Source: a virus (lineage: Duplodnaviria > Caudoviricetes). From it: 45,289 bases of DNA. Position 1 is the stretch's first letter. Each line of letters begins with the position of its first letter. Below the pieces are notes generated by a model. That model was not told the DNA's origin and made no database searches. It saw only the letters and a program-made list of their open reading frames with translations. The stretch is taken from positions 1 to 45,289 of the IMG/VR virus record IMGVR_UViG_3300033434_000006, one strand, 5' to 3'. Of this stretch, positions 45,129 through 45,289 are shown in pieces. The translations under genes and the position numbers were made by a program.

Positions 45129-45289
45129 TTACTTCTTAGCTGCGTTTGCTTCGTTAGTCAAAACTTTATTTAAGTAGGTTTCGATTTTATCAGTCAAAAC
45201 ACTAATCAAGCTTGAAATTACAATACTCTTGATAGACACTAGCACGGCCTTTTCCATGTTATCCCGAACCTTAACCCACAACGAGGAAG
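45129..45289 (-). CDS. 3' part of the junction-spanning protein
   Basis: ...SVLTDKIETYLNKVLTNEANAAKK*, in frame with 733..1. Confidence 0.8.
   Translation of the reverse strand, partial: SSLWVKVRDNMEKAVLVSIKSIVISSLISVLTDKIETYLNKVLTNEANAAKK
45191..45289. repeat. 99-bp direct terminal repeat, copy 2
   Basis: Identical to 1-99. Confidence 0.97.

Larger units (their letters stand above)
1..45289. mobile_element. Complete circular temperate podovirus-like phage-plasmid genome (~45,190 bp)
   Basis: Full head, tail, packaging, lysis, replication and immunity modules. parA/RHH/repA/iterons present, no integrase. Terminal 99-bp duplication with an ORF in frame across it. Confidence 0.9.

Noticed and set aside
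45191-45289. Biological terminal repeat or att site
   Set aside because: Exactly 99 bp (a typical assembler k-mer) and it falls in the middle of an ORF. It is an assembly overlap.

Overview
The window is a complete circular ~45,190-bp temperate phage genome. Bases 1-99 repeat exactly at 45191-45289 (assembly overlap), and an ORF reads in frame across the junction. Virion genes are of the short-tailed BPP-1/epsilon15 type: TerS/TerL, head-tail connector portal, Bbp19, scaffold, major capsid, Bbp16, tail tubular A/B, GNAT, ejection proteins and a beta-helix tail spike. Early and regulatory genes are Firmicutes-type: XRE repressor/Cro, BRO-KilAC antirepressor, Sak4, SSB, initiator with G39P-like loader, RusA, YopX and a late activator. 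I find no integrase. Instead there is a plasmid module (ParA, RHH partner, IncW-like RepA, six 16-bp iterons) and a dif-like site, so this is most likely a phage-plasmid. GAAC-N4-GTTY LexA boxes, Prp-type NLQxFA motifs and an NrdD-like gene point to an anaerobic Bacillota host, possibly Negativicutes (inference). The most notable observations are: a junction-spanning lysis-region protein with an internal Prp-like cleavage motif shared with the scaffold; a LexA-boxed 22-aa ORF converging on a repressor with no protease domain; a stand-alone NrdD glycyl-radical domain; a Tad2/DUF2829 fusion protein; candidate small RNAs; and two AT-rich surface-glycan morons. All family calls come from motif recognition by eye; no database search was run.
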